A stretch of 64,000 bases of DNA from Callorhinchus milii (taxonomy: Eukaryota). Position numbers and translations under genes: made by a program. This document shows, in pieces, positions 1-26,944 of the stretch; the stretch's first letter is position 1; every line of letters starts with the position of its first letter. The stretch lies in the NCBI RefSeq assembly GCF_018977255.1, contig NW_024704743.1, positions 49,478,001 through 49,542,000 of the forward strand. Direction: 5' to 3'. Below the pieces are notes generated by a model. That model ran no database searches. It saw nothing but the letters and a program-made list of their open reading frames with translations, and had not been told where the DNA came from.

Positions 1-835
1 AAATTTATCCCATGTATGCGGATGACGTCACCAAGGCGGAGCATGTAGAGGGTGAAGAGGAGGGGACCGAGGACAGAGCCCTGAGGAACACCGCACAAGA
101 CGGTGCGGGAGCTGGAGGAGAAGCCGTTTGCCGCAACGAAGTGGAGGTGGTGTGAAAGGTAGGACCTGAACCAGTCAAGGACAGAACCTTGAAGGTTGAA
201 GTGGGAGGAGAGGCAGTGGAGGAGGATTGAGTGGTCCATGGTGTCAAAGGCGGTGGAGAGGTCGAGGAAGACAAGTAGGCAGAGGGAGTCCTGGTCACAC
301 ATGGTCAGGATGTTGTTTGTGACCTTGGCCAGAGCAGTTTCTGTGCTGTGGGCAGCCCGGAAACCCGATTGGAGGGGTTCATGGAAGGAGTGGGAGGAGA
401 AAGAGCGAAGCTGGGAGGCAACTGCTCTCACAAGGACCTTGGATAGGAAAGGGAGATTTGAGATGGGCTGGTAGCTGGATAGCTGTGATGGGTCGAGGGA
501 AGATTTTTTCAAGATGGGGGTAACAGTGCCTGTTTTGAGGGGGGAAGGAACAGTGCCAGATGACATTGAGAGGTTAATGATGTCGGCGAGTAGTGGGGCA
601 AAGAGGTGGAGCTGGGATTTAAGTAGAGGGGCGGGGATGGGGTTGAGGGAGCAGGTGGTGGACTTCATGGAGGTTACCGTGTTGAAGACAGAGGAGGCGG
701 TGACAGGTTCAAAGGTGTGGAAGGAGGGATGGGTAGTTGTCGGATGGGTACTTGTGTGGGGTGGGGGTAAGGAGGGGTTGAAATTTGGGAGGGCAGTGGC
801 AGCTGAGCAATTTTGGACTCGAGGAAGTCCAGCAT
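1..835 (-). mobile_element. L2-clade LINE ORF2 (reverse transcriptase) fragment, in KDSR intron 1
   Basis: Minus strand encodes RT-like pieces (GVPQGSVLGPLLFTLYM..LGDVIR.HG; LVFLDLSTAFDTMDHSILL; QSGFRAAHSTETAL) homologous to the L2 copies at 17705-19490 and 42980-44040; degraded. Confidence 0.85.
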
Positions 836-1104
836 TTTCTCGCAGTGAGAATCGGAGGAAATCAAATTTAAGCATTTGCTCAGAGTTATACAAACAATTG
901 CAAAACAATCCCTAAATACTCTATTTCACCCAGACTGCTGCGGTTTTCAAATTCTGGGCAATATCATGCGATTGTTGCAACATATATTTGTTAGCAGTCC
1001 TGTTTTAAACAACCCAGAGGTTTTTAAAAAAAATAGTGGTTGGTTAACTTGTAATCCAAACCACTGATACCCTCAGCTTCCCCGGCAGGACCTTGTGTAA
1101 CAAC

Positions 1105-2562
1105 AGTCACACACTCACTATCTGCCTCAGTCACTCACTATCTGCCTCAGTCACTCACTCACTGTCAGTCTCACTCACTCAATGTCTGCCTGTCTCACTC
1201 ACTGTTACTCGCTGCCTGTCCGCCACTCGCTGCCTCACTCACTGCCTGCCTCACTCACTCGCTGCCTCAGTCACTCGCTGCCTGCCTCAGTCACTCACTG
1301 CCTCAGTCACTCGCTGCCTGGCTCAGTCACTCGCTGCCTGGCTCAGTCACTCGCTGCCTGGCTCAGTCACTCGCTGCCTGGCTCAGTCACTCGTTGCCTG
1401 GCTCAGTCACTCGCTGGCTGGCTCAGTCACTCGCTGCCTCAGTCACTCGCTGCCTCAGTCACTCGCTGCCTCAGTCACTGCTTGTCAATCACTCACTGCC
1501 TCAGTCACTCAATGCCTCAGTCACTCACTGCCTCAGTCACTCACTGCCTCAGTCACTCACTGCCTCAGTCACTGCTTGTCAATCACTCACTGCCTCAGTC
1601 ACTCACTGCCTCAGTCACTGCTTGTCAGTCACTCACTGCCTCAGTCACTCACTGCCTCAGTCACTCACTGCCTCAGTCACTCACTGCCTCAGTCACTGCT
1701 TGTCAATCACTCACTGCCTCAGTCACTCACTGCCTGTCAGTCACTCACTGCCTCAGTTACTCACTGCCTGTCAGTCACTCACTGCCTCAGTCACTGCCTG
1801 TCAGTCAGTCACTGCCTCAGTCACTCACTGCCTCAATCACTCACTGCCTCAGTCACTCACTGCCTCAGTCACTCACTGCCTCAGTTACTCACTGCCTGTC
1901 AGTCACTCACTGCCTGTAAGTCACTCAATGCCTGTAAGTCAGTCACTGCCTGTCAGTCAGTCACTGCCTCAGTCACTGCCTGTCAGTCACTCACTGCCTG
2001 TCAATTACTCACTGGCTCAGTCACTCACTGCCTGAGTCGCTCACTGCCTGTCAGTCACTCACTGCCTGTCAATTACTCACTGGCTCAGTCACTCACTGCC
2101 TCAGTCACTGCCTGTCAATCACTCACTGCCTCAGTCACTCACTGCCTCAGTCACTCACTGCCTCAGTCACTCACTGCCTGTAAGTCACTCACTGCCTCAG
2201 TCACTCACTGCCTCAGTCACTCACTGCCTGTAAGTCACTCACTGCCTGTAAGTCACTCACTGCCTCAGTCACTCACTGCCTCAGTCACTCACTGCCTCAG
2301 TCACTCACTGCCTGTCAGTCACTCACTGCCTCAGTCACTCACTGCCTCAGTCACTCACTGCCTCAGTCACTCACTGCCTCAGTCACTCACTGCCTCAGTC
2401 ACTCACTGCCTCAGTCACTCACTGCCTCAGTCACTCACTGCCTGTAAGTCACTCACTGCCTGTAAGTCACTCACTACCTCAGTCACTCACTGCCTCAGTC
2501 ACTCACTCACCGCCTCAGTCACCCACTCACCGCCTCAGTCACTCACTCACTCACTCACTCAC
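1105..2562. repeat. Minisatellite, 16-bp core CCTCAGTCACTCACTG with 12- and 20-bp variants, about 1.45 kb
   Basis: Visible tandem array; the 16-aa periodicity (SHSLPQSLTASVTHCL = 3 x 16 nt) of the spurious ORFs confirms the unit length. Confidence 0.95.
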
Positions 2563-2739
2563 CACGACGTGGGCCCCGTTCAGTTTCAGCGGCCTGGGGC
2601 TGATGAGCGGCGACACCATGTACAAGAGCAGCACGAAGGCCACGATGAAGGCCCCGACCACCAGCAGCATGACGAGCAGCAGCGGGCGCCAACCCGAGAA
2701 GTCGCTCCACACAGAGAAGCCCTCCCCCAGGGAGAACAT
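2563..2739 (-). CDS. KDSR: 3-ketodihydrosphingosine reductase, first coding exon (remaining exons lie left of the window)
   Basis: 2670->2563 encodes [36 protein letters not shown] (108 nt), matching the vertebrate KDSR N-terminus and followed by a GTGAGT donor at 2562-2557. An in-frame upstream ATG at 2739 adds 23 aa. The gene is adjacent to VPS4B, as in other vertebrates. Confidence 0.93.
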
Positions 2740-2889
2740 TGATCCACACTGCACTGCACCGCACCGCACTGCACCGCACAGGCCCGCGGCGACGGCCAGA
2801 GTCCCGGACAGACAGACAGGGAGGGGAGGGCTGCGGCCACTGTGTGAGTGACTGTGTGTGTATGCGAGTGACTGTGTGTGTGAGTGAGT

Positions 2890-3070
2890 GACCGCCCCTG
2901 AGCCCCACAGCGAAAGCAAATCACCAAACAGCCTCCCCCCTCCCAGAGCCTGGCAGCACACAGACGCGCATGCGCGGCAGCCCCCGCCCCGGGGCACTGT
3001 GGGAATTGTAGTCGTGGCGGCCCCTCCCGCCCCAGTGCCGCGCGCGGACGCACGAGTCGGAGTCGGGAAA
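2890..3070 (-). promoter_or_regulatory. KDSR CpG-island promoter with NRF1, GC-box and ZNF143/THAP11-type motifs
   Basis: GCGCATGCGC at 2966-2975; CCCCGCCCC at 2982-2990; TGTGGGAATTGTAGTC (reverse complement GACTACAATTCCCACA) at 2998-3013; high CpG density; no TATA box seen. Confidence 0.75.
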
Positions 3071-3115
3071 AAAAACGCACACATATATATATATATATAT
3101 ATACTCAAATACAAC

Positions 3116-3187
3116 TACTCTCCCGATCGCGTTTAAGTATATACATATATATATATATATATTTACTTAAACGCGATCGGGAGAGTA
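3116..3187. repeat. Perfect 24-bp inverted repeat around a (TA)n spacer
   Basis: TACTCTCCCGATCGCGTTTAAGTA (3116-3139) and its exact reverse complement (3164-3187). Confidence 0.95.
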
Positions 3188-3519
3188 TTTGTTCACTTCC
3201 CGTTCAAGCAATTCTCCGAACTTTTGCACCTCATCGCTTTAAAATTTAAAAATTTAAAAATAAATGTTTGATTTGGGGGCATTCAAACCCCAGTTGGGAC
3301 CAGGGCCCGAAACCCGAAAAAAATAACGAGAGAGAGAAAAAAAAACCTTCCCCACCAACCCCCCCACCCCCCACCACAGGGCCCACCCGCCGACCGCCGG
3401 TCAATGGTTATAATGAAACTTCGGTCAGACCGCACGTCCCGGGCCGCCCGCCCGCCCGCCCGCCCGCAGGTCCGGTCACCTTCCTGCAGCGAGGACATCG
3501 GGACAGCGGAGAGCGCGGC

Positions 3520-3675
3520 CACCGCTCGCGTCCGCGCGGCGCTCTTCACGCCGGATAGCGCCCCGGAGCGCTTCACAGCGGCGGAGTCGTGACAGCGAGC
3601 CAAGGGCGGGGTGGGCGGGTGGTGTCCATCGGTACGATTATAAAGGCCTTTGGGGCCGAATTTGAAGGGGGGCAA
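3520..3675 (-). mobile_element. L2 LINE 3' end, strongly GC-shifted
   Basis: Aligns with the reverse complement of the L2 tails at 19340-19490 and with 57170-57310 (..gagcgcttcacag.ggc.gagtc.gac...gagcca..). Confidence 0.65.
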
Positions 3676-4239
3676 TTTTACAGCACAAATTTACTGGGAG
3701 TGTTACTGTGGGCTTAACCCAGTTCAATGTGAGGGCCTTTGGCAAAGTCTCTTCATTAAACAGCTTTCTTTAAAACCACTTGTGAGTGTTTAATGAGAGC
3801 TGACAATTTCAAGAATTCAAACTCAGAGACGACCTGATTTCAGTTTGAAGATCATTGTAAAGAACAAGTGTAGCAAACAATGACTAATCCTCCATCTTGC
3901 AGAAATCTGCAGAGGACACATCTTGAGGCTACATGCAAAACAATATCCCTGGCAATATCATTGCTATTTTCTGCCAGTACCTTTGGGCGACTGTCCAAAT
4001 CAGATGATGAAAAGTCACCATACTTACAATAATTATTATAAAGAATATTGAGATAAACATGATAAAGCCTTCTAAAAAATGCAAGTTCTTTATATTGATC
4101 AGTCTAAGGTCTGAACTTTTCCACCATTTGCATCAATGTTGACCAGCGATTAGCCCAGAGGTCCTTTGCTTCCGTTTCTTGGTGGTAGGAATTGTTTGTC
4201 AATTCTTTCATTGCTTCCTCTGATTCCTTGAGTATCACT

Positions 4240-4590
4240 CTGGCTCAGTGGTACCATTCTCACTTCTGGGTCTGAAGGTTATTGGTTCAAACCCGTTGCA
4301 TTGTCCTTCAGATGAGATGTTAAACTGAGATCCCGTCTTGTCTGTTTAGCTGGTCATTAAAAGTTCCTTTACCACTATTGGAAAAGAGTTTTTCCTGGTG
4401 TCGTGGCAATCCCTGCAATAAACAATCTCCAAGTAAAATTGTTCATTTGTTTCATGTCTGTTTATGGGACATTGCTGTGCGCAATTGGGATGTTGCATTA
4501 CTCCATTCCACAGAAACTCTTGTTAAGTGCTTTGAGATGTCATCCAGATGTGAAAAGGGCTGCACCAAATGCAAGGAATATTATTTCTTT
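4240..4590 (+). mobile_element. Old DeuSINE-type SINE
   Basis: tRNA-like head (ggctcagtggta..ggttcaaaccc), core 'cagatgagatgttaaactgag.tcccgtc', Deu-like 'gtttatgggacattgctgtgcgcaattgg', and an L2-type tail. Confidence 0.75.
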
Positions 4591-4668
4591 ACATTCTTCT
4601 AAAAGATTTAGTGAACCAAAACATTAAAACAAATTCTATTCACTGTGAGGAGGTGATTTCCAATAAGC

Positions 4669-4674
4669 TTTATT
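4669..4674 (-). promoter_or_regulatory. Candidate VPS4B polyadenylation signal AATAAA (alternative at 5063-5068)
   Basis: TTTATT on the plus strand, about 620 nt after the stop codon, at the end of unique AT-rich 3'UTR-like sequence and just before repeats begin. Confidence 0.5.
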
Positions 4675-5295
4675 TACAAACAGAAATTAGGAGAGAAAAT
4701 GCAAACATTTCAGATTTCTTAAACCCTCAAAACACATTTAAAAAAGAAATCGCTGGAGCTGTGAAAATTGCTTACGTTAAAGTAGTTCTTTGAATACAAA
4801 TGACTGATCGTTTATGTATAAGAACTCAAATTACATAATTGTACAGAATTAATCAGGAATTTTAGAGAATTATAATAGTCCAAGCCCATGGTTAGTACGC
4901 TTAGAAGAATTAATGTGCAAATAGCTCGTCTAAAATGCCCCATTCAAAAAGTATTTAGGCTATAACATTCAATATTATTGTATTCCACGATATAGCCAAT
5001 GTACAATATTCTTTAAACAAAATCCATGGTAAACTCTTGGTAGCATTTGGAATTTCTCTCAATTTATTTATATTACATATATAGTGAGAGATGGTCCATT
5101 CATAGGCAAATGTAGACATAGAATATTTAAACCATTATTCACTCAAGCTGCATATAAAGTCCCATGACCTCAAAAACGTAATAGTGCTTGAACTTCCACA
5201 AAGTGATGAAGAAAAACTCACTGTCATAAGTTTAAGTGAATAGAAAAGAAATGTACAGAAAAAAGGAACTATTTTGCATATGAATTGTTTCTGCT

Positions 5296-21403
<16,108 letters not shown>

Positions 21404-21449
21404 GGTTCCGACTTCGACCCAAAAACAAAGTAACTTTTTTTTCCCCTCT

Positions 21450-21620
21450 TGCGCCCAACTTCCGCAACACCAAAATGGCCGCCGAGACTTCCGGCCCAGC
21501 CAGGCCGCGCCTCGTCGCTGACGTCATCCCGCCGGAAATGCTCGCTCCCGGCGCCCGGGGAGCTCCAGTGCGCCTGCGTCCAAATCGCCGGCTCGGCTCT
21601 GACGCACGTGGGAGAGCAGC
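21450..21620 (-). promoter_or_regulatory. VPS4B CpG-island promoter: YY1, ETS, CRE and E-box motifs
   Basis: CAAAATGGCCGCC 21471-21483; ACTTCCGG 21487-21494; TGACGTCA 21519-21526; CCGGAAAT 21532-21539; CACGTG 21605-21610. Confidence 0.75.
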
Positions 21621-21680
21621 GCTTTGTTTAACAGTCACCGAAACAGCCGGAGAGGCTGAGGTCTCCCCCTCCCCCCTCCC

Positions 21681-21964
21681 ACACTCGCCTTGCAAGCGAG
21701 AGACCTGGGTTCAATTCCCGGCAGGGCCAAACCTTGGGCAAGTTTCCTTACTCCTTCCTCACTCCACACAGAGCCTAATAATATTCCCGCCAAAGACAAA
21801 AAACAAAAACAATAATAAATTGGTCATTTTCAATCCACCACTGCTTGTGGGACACTGCTTGTGCGCAATCCGCTGCCGCGTTCGCCCACGAATATACGGT
21901 CAATTCAGTTTACGGTCTATTCTGTGAAGACGTGAAAAGTGCCTATATCAAAGGATTATTATTA
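21681..21964 (+). mobile_element. tRNA-Ala-derived SINE, short form
   Basis: ctcgccttgcaagcgag anticodon-like arm, B box ggttcaattcc, Deu-like core, (att)n tail. Confidence 0.85.
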
Positions 21965-23004
21965 CGCTTACCTAATTCCAAAAAGTATCACCTGGAGGTT
22001 GGTGAGGACCAACGCTTGAGGAACCTGTTGTAATAATAATAATCCTTGGATTTGGCATAGGGCCTTTCATGTAAGCACATATCAAAGCCCTGCACAGGAT
22101 GTACTGTAAATTGTACTGTAAATAGTAGTGTACTTTATGGGCGAATGTGGCAGCAAATTTGCAAACAGCAATATTATACAAACATCCATGAAACCAATGA
22201 CCATTTTTTTTTATTTGGGGAGATTGTTGGCCAGGATACGGTGAGAAGCTCTTTTCCTTTTTGAACAGCCCGTTGCTTGTCCAGCCAGCACTACCCTCGT
22301 CTTTAGGGCTTTGACTTGCAGGGTTAGTAGTAGCCAAGTAGGAACGATCCCTGCTCTCAGTGATTGGTCTGCTCCTCCAAGTACTCCTGATGTGCCAGGC
22401 TGCCTCAGTAATGCTCGGCAGCACTGTGAACTTAATTGACATTTTGTTCCAAGCAAGAAATTGATTATACAAGAAAACTCTCTTCTTTACTTTTCTAGAA
22501 TGAGTTGGGAACTAAATGAGAATTAACCAATTTGTACTGGATTAAAATGTATCCATTAAAAAAGCAACATACCTGGACATAATTTCAGATGAATGAAAAG
22601 TGATATGTGGTTCAAAAAGACCCTGAGGGGATGGAAAATTTGAGTAATGAAAAAAAATTCCCAAACTGCACCACAATCCAGAATTACAATGTCCTGGGAA
22701 GGATTGTAATGCATATTTTAAAAAACACCCCCAATATGCACACATGCACATATTTTGCAATTTGGACCTGAATCTGATTTAGGGCAGGAGTCAGGGCCAA
22801 GTTTGAGCAGGAGTGGGAGCAAAAGTTTGCTCCCAAAACAATGAAATTGTGAAGCAGTTACCATTTTCCAATGTTGGTTTGATGCTATTGTTATGTGAAT
22901 GTGGCTTCCACTTTGTTCAGACTAGAATATGCATAAAGAGCAATTTGACTACAAAACTTTCTTGAAAACGTCCAGTCTAAAATTGGTTTTGCTCATTTTA
23001 AATG

Positions 23005-23340
23005 GTAACTTGGCTCAGTCAGAAGGTTGTGGTTTCAAGCCCCACATGGGGACTTTTGGGTTCACAGTCCAGTCTGACACTCCAATATAGTGCTGATGGT
23101 GCACTGAATTGTCCAAGATGTTTTCCTTCAGACAAGATGTCAAACCAAAGTTCTGTCTGTATATTCAAGTGGATTCTAAAGATCCCGTGGCAATACTGGA
23201 AAAGAGTAGGGAATTTCTCTCAGTGTCCTGGCCAACACTCCACCAGATAAAATGTATCAGTGACTATATGGTGTTTTCTGTGAAGTGCTTTGAGATATCT
23301 TGACAGCATGATAAGGTGCTTTATCAAATGCAACAATTAT
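23005..23340 (+). mobile_element. Old DeuSINE-type SINE
   Basis: ggctcagtcagaaggttgtgg.ttcaagcccc head, gtggattctaaagatcccgtggc core, L2-type tail. Confidence 0.7.
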
Positions 23341-24627
23341 CATTTACTTCTGCAGACTGCAGATTCACCTCTAATCCTGAATTAATATAATGTAGGAATT
23401 AGAAATAAATTCAACTAATTTAAAATATTTTCGGTCGACCTCCTGCAAAGTTACTGAAAGCTTCCACCTCAGGAGGATAATAATGACTAATACTACAATA
23501 GGAATAAATTTATAAATATAGTAATAATAATGCTTGCTTTTGATATTAACTTCTTATCACGTCATTGAGACATCTCGAAGTGCTTCAGTGAAGTGAACTG
23601 ACTATATATATTGTGGGCAAAATGCGGCAGCCAATTGTGCGCAGTAGTGTCCCACAAACAGTCATGGATTGAGTGACCAGATAATTATGATTATTTTTTA
23701 TGGGATTACCCGGGTTGTCTTGCTCTAACCATTACACTACAGGAATCAAAGTATTGAAATAATTTTGAAAGGATGAGTGAGGGGAAAGGGCTTTTGGGTG
23801 AAAAGGTTGGAGTCTTGAGGAAAGGAGGGAAAAATCTGTTGGTGTGTGCTTTCTGGACTTCATAGTTACTGGAGAGCAAAATTTTATCATAAATCTTTCT
23901 GACATGACTTTTATCTTTGCGATTCTAATGGCGTTTTCTATATTTATGTAATCTAGCTTTAACTGTAGAATTGGCACCAGACTCTCCTCAACAGGAGGAA
24001 TAGTGGTGTTAAAATCTAATGTGTATTGGAAAAAATATTGAGCCTTTCAGCAGGCCTTAGGTATGTCTGACATATGTGTTTTTTGACCTGATCTCAGATT
24101 TCTACCTCTGGTGAGCTAAATCCAGGCTTTCTCACATTACAACGTGACATGCAAATATGTATCTTGACCTCCCAAAAATGACTAATACAATCTTTTGTTC
24201 AACCAGGATTTGAGACAATATCAATATATAATCACTGGGACAGATTGTAGAGCATTTATAAAATACCAAAAAAGAATAAATAAGCAAATCTTGTTTTCAG
24301 CTCAAGTAAAGTCTGTTTGTTTTGTTCAGTAGATTAGATGCTTGTCTGAAGAAGCCACTTCCTACTTGAGATTGTGCCAGTTGGCCTGATTATGTAACTA
24401 AGTTTGGTACCTGATATTTATTCCAAAGAATCAATCAATGAAAGGCAGTTTTGGATGCAGTTCAACCGGTGTGCCAATTCATGCTTTGCTAGGTCCATTT
24501 GGGTGATTAGAAGATCAGTGAAGGCCAGAACTAAGTCGACATTATGCTTAGTTGAGTGGAGAACTATTTGGTTTTTTTTCGGTGTTAGTAATAATCCTTG
24601 CATTTGATATAGTGCTGTTCATGTTAC

Positions 24628-24938
24628 ATAATAATCCTTGCATTTGATATAGCGCTTTTCACGTCAGAAGGATGTCCCAAAGCACTTCACAGAACACACT
24701 GTAAAGTGAATTGACTGTATATTTGTGGGCGAACGCGGCAGCCAATTGCGCACAGCAATGTCCCACAAACAGTCATATGGATTGAAAATGACCAATTTTT
24801 TTTTTTTTTACTTTTTGGAGGGATTATTATTAGTCGTGTGGAGTAAGGAAACCTGCCCAAGGTTTCGCCCTGTCTGGAATTGAAGTCAGGTCTCTCACTT
24901 GCAAAGCGAGTGCTCTAACCACTGAGCTACAGGACTCC
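24628..24938 (-). mobile_element. Full-length young tRNA-Ala SINE (short form) nested in an older SINE
   Basis: Head GGAGTCCTGTAGCTCAGTGGTTAGAGCACTCGCTTTGCAAGTGAG; the host tail (24589-24627) resumes at ~24940. Confidence 0.9.
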
Positions 24939-25104
24939 AAGGAGGACATCTCAAAGAGTAGTGATTGTTTATTTTTGCAGCAAAATGCAACAGCCAGTTT
25001 GGGCACTGGTATGTTCCACAAACAGGGATAAAGTAAATGACCAATTTTGTCTAGGAGATTGTTGAGAAACTGGGAGAAACTCCCTTCACTTGTCAAAGAG
25101 TGCC

Positions 25105-25680
25105 ATCAAGATGGGAGGTGGCAAAAACGTGGATGAGGGTTTTGGCTACATTGAGTATGAGGTGTGGTCGAAGGGGGACAATGTGACGGAGGTGGAGGAA
25201 AGCGGTCCTGGTCAGGGACCAGATGTGGGTTACAAAAGTCAGCTGGGTTCAAACATGATGCCTGGCTTCCGCAAAGTGCGGGATAGGCTGTGGAACATAG
25301 GAACTTAGGTAGGCCATTCAGCCCTTCAAGCCTGTCCTGCCATTCCAGAAGATCATGGCTGATCCGTACCTCAACTCCAATTACCTGGCCTTGCCCCATA
25401 TCCCTTAATACTCTGACCTAACAAATATCTATCCACCTCAGTCTTGAAAATGTGAATGAATCCAGCATCAACTGCAAGGATCACTATATTATATTTTATT
25501 ATATTAAGTTTGCGCTCATCCAGGCCTTGATATCTGACAAGCAAGGGAGAGAACATCAGTAGTCCTACAGTCACAGCTGGAGAAGGAGAAGAGGATTTGA
25601 ATGTCATCCACATACATGTGGAAGTTGACCCCATGTCTGCGGACGGCATTGCCAAGAGGGAGCATGTAAATAAAGAACAG
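25105..25680 (-). mobile_element. L2 fragment interrupted by a CR1 3' end (25293-25480)
   Basis: L2 RT pieces (HGVNFHMYVDDIQ) flank a CR1-like 3' UTR ending in (ttcctatg). Confidence 0.7.
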
Positions 25681-26084
25681 AAATTGTCATAGATATACTT
25701 AAGCGCTTTGGGACATCCTCCCAATGTGAAAAGCTCTACACAAGTTGATAATAATCCTTGCATTTGATATAGAGCTTTATCACGTCGTTGAGACGTCTCA
25801 AAGCGCTTTAACAGGATATCTATAAAAGTGGTGTGACTGTGTATTTTGTGAGGGAAGTGTAAATTGTACTGTACTGCATATATTGAACTGTCAGGAGTTT
25901 AGTTGCTGGTAAACATAGTGACTGTTTTCCTAGTGTATTGGACACCCGGCTGACCAAAATAAAAAGCGCCACTGAACAGAAATACACAGTATCTCAGCCC
26001 TAGCACTTCAATAACAACAATAATAATAATAATAATTCAAAAACACTGTGATGTGAATGATACCAATTTGAGGTGGCGAACACC

Positions 26085-26220
26085 TGCCCCACCCCCTCCC
26101 CTCCCCAGCCCTGCCCTCCCCCCTGCCCTCCCCTGCCCCCCTGCCCTGCCCTCCCCTGCCCTGCCCTGCCCTCCTGCCCTCCCCTCCCCTGCCCTCCCCT
26201 CCCCAGCCCCAACCCCTCCT
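26085..26220. repeat. (CCCTG/CCCCT)n tract, potential G-quadruplex on the minus strand
   Basis: Visible simple repeat of C-runs. Confidence 0.85.
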
Positions 26221-26776
26221 CAAAAAAAGCAGGGTAGGAAATTTAAAAAGAAAATAGCGTATTTTGCTCAGGTGATGAGCGTTTTATTTGCAATGTTGCC
26301 TTTGCACAGACAGACACACACAGACACAGACAGACACAGACCCCCCACACCCAGACCAGATGCCTGAGTGCTGCTGCTGCAGACCCGCCTGTCCCTTTCC
26401 CCCACAGCCCTGGACCCCCTGCAGAGAGGCGCGGTTGCCTGGGAACCAGCCCTGTTGTATGTGTGTGCCGGGGGTGCAGCCAAGTCCAGGAGGGAGGGAG
26501 GGAGGGAGGGAGAGAGAGAGAGAGAGAAGTCACCCCCTCACGCACGGCGTTCAACCCATCCGGGATGGCAACGCGGTAACAAAGTGCTTTGCGTTTGGCG
26601 AGAGAGAGAGAGAGAGAGTCACAGAGAGCGGCACAGCTCAGTCACAAAGTGACCCCCACCCCCACCAGCTGGCGACGTGCCAGTCAGTGCCGAGCCAACC
26701 TGCCCCTCTCCCGTCCAGTCTGTCGGCTGCCAGTCAGCCAACACCTTCCACGCAAGTGTGCCAGCGCCCAGAGCGG

Positions 26777-26908
26777 ATGGAGGAGAGGCGGGGGGCGCGC
26801 AGGGCAAGGCGCGGCACGGCCAGCCCGTCCCTCAAGCCGGGAGCTGCGCGCTTCAAGAGCAGAGACCCTCAGCCCAGAGCCCCGGCCGAGAGCATCAAAG
26901 AGGTCAAG
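26777..26908 (+). CDS. Candidate first coding exon of an unidentified gene (MEERRGARRARRGTASPSLKPGAARFKSRDPQPRAPAESIKEVK)
   Basis: Lies in a CpG island (~26.3-27.1 kb); ATG at 26777 (context cggATGG), open frame ending at an AAG|GTTGGT donor; unique, non-repeat sequence. Protein not recognised. Confidence 0.45.
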
Positions 26909-26944
26909 GTTGGTCCCACGCTGGCTTCTGCCCCTCCTTCGCTT

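Noticed and set aside
1105..2562. CRISPR-like array
   Set aside because: Units are head-to-tail with no unique spacers; the context is vertebrate and no cas genes are present.
1093..2742. 549-aa, 245-aa and 213-aa plus-strand ORFs
   Set aside because: They are translations of a stop-poor 16-bp minisatellite that is open in several frames, antisense to KDSR intron 1.
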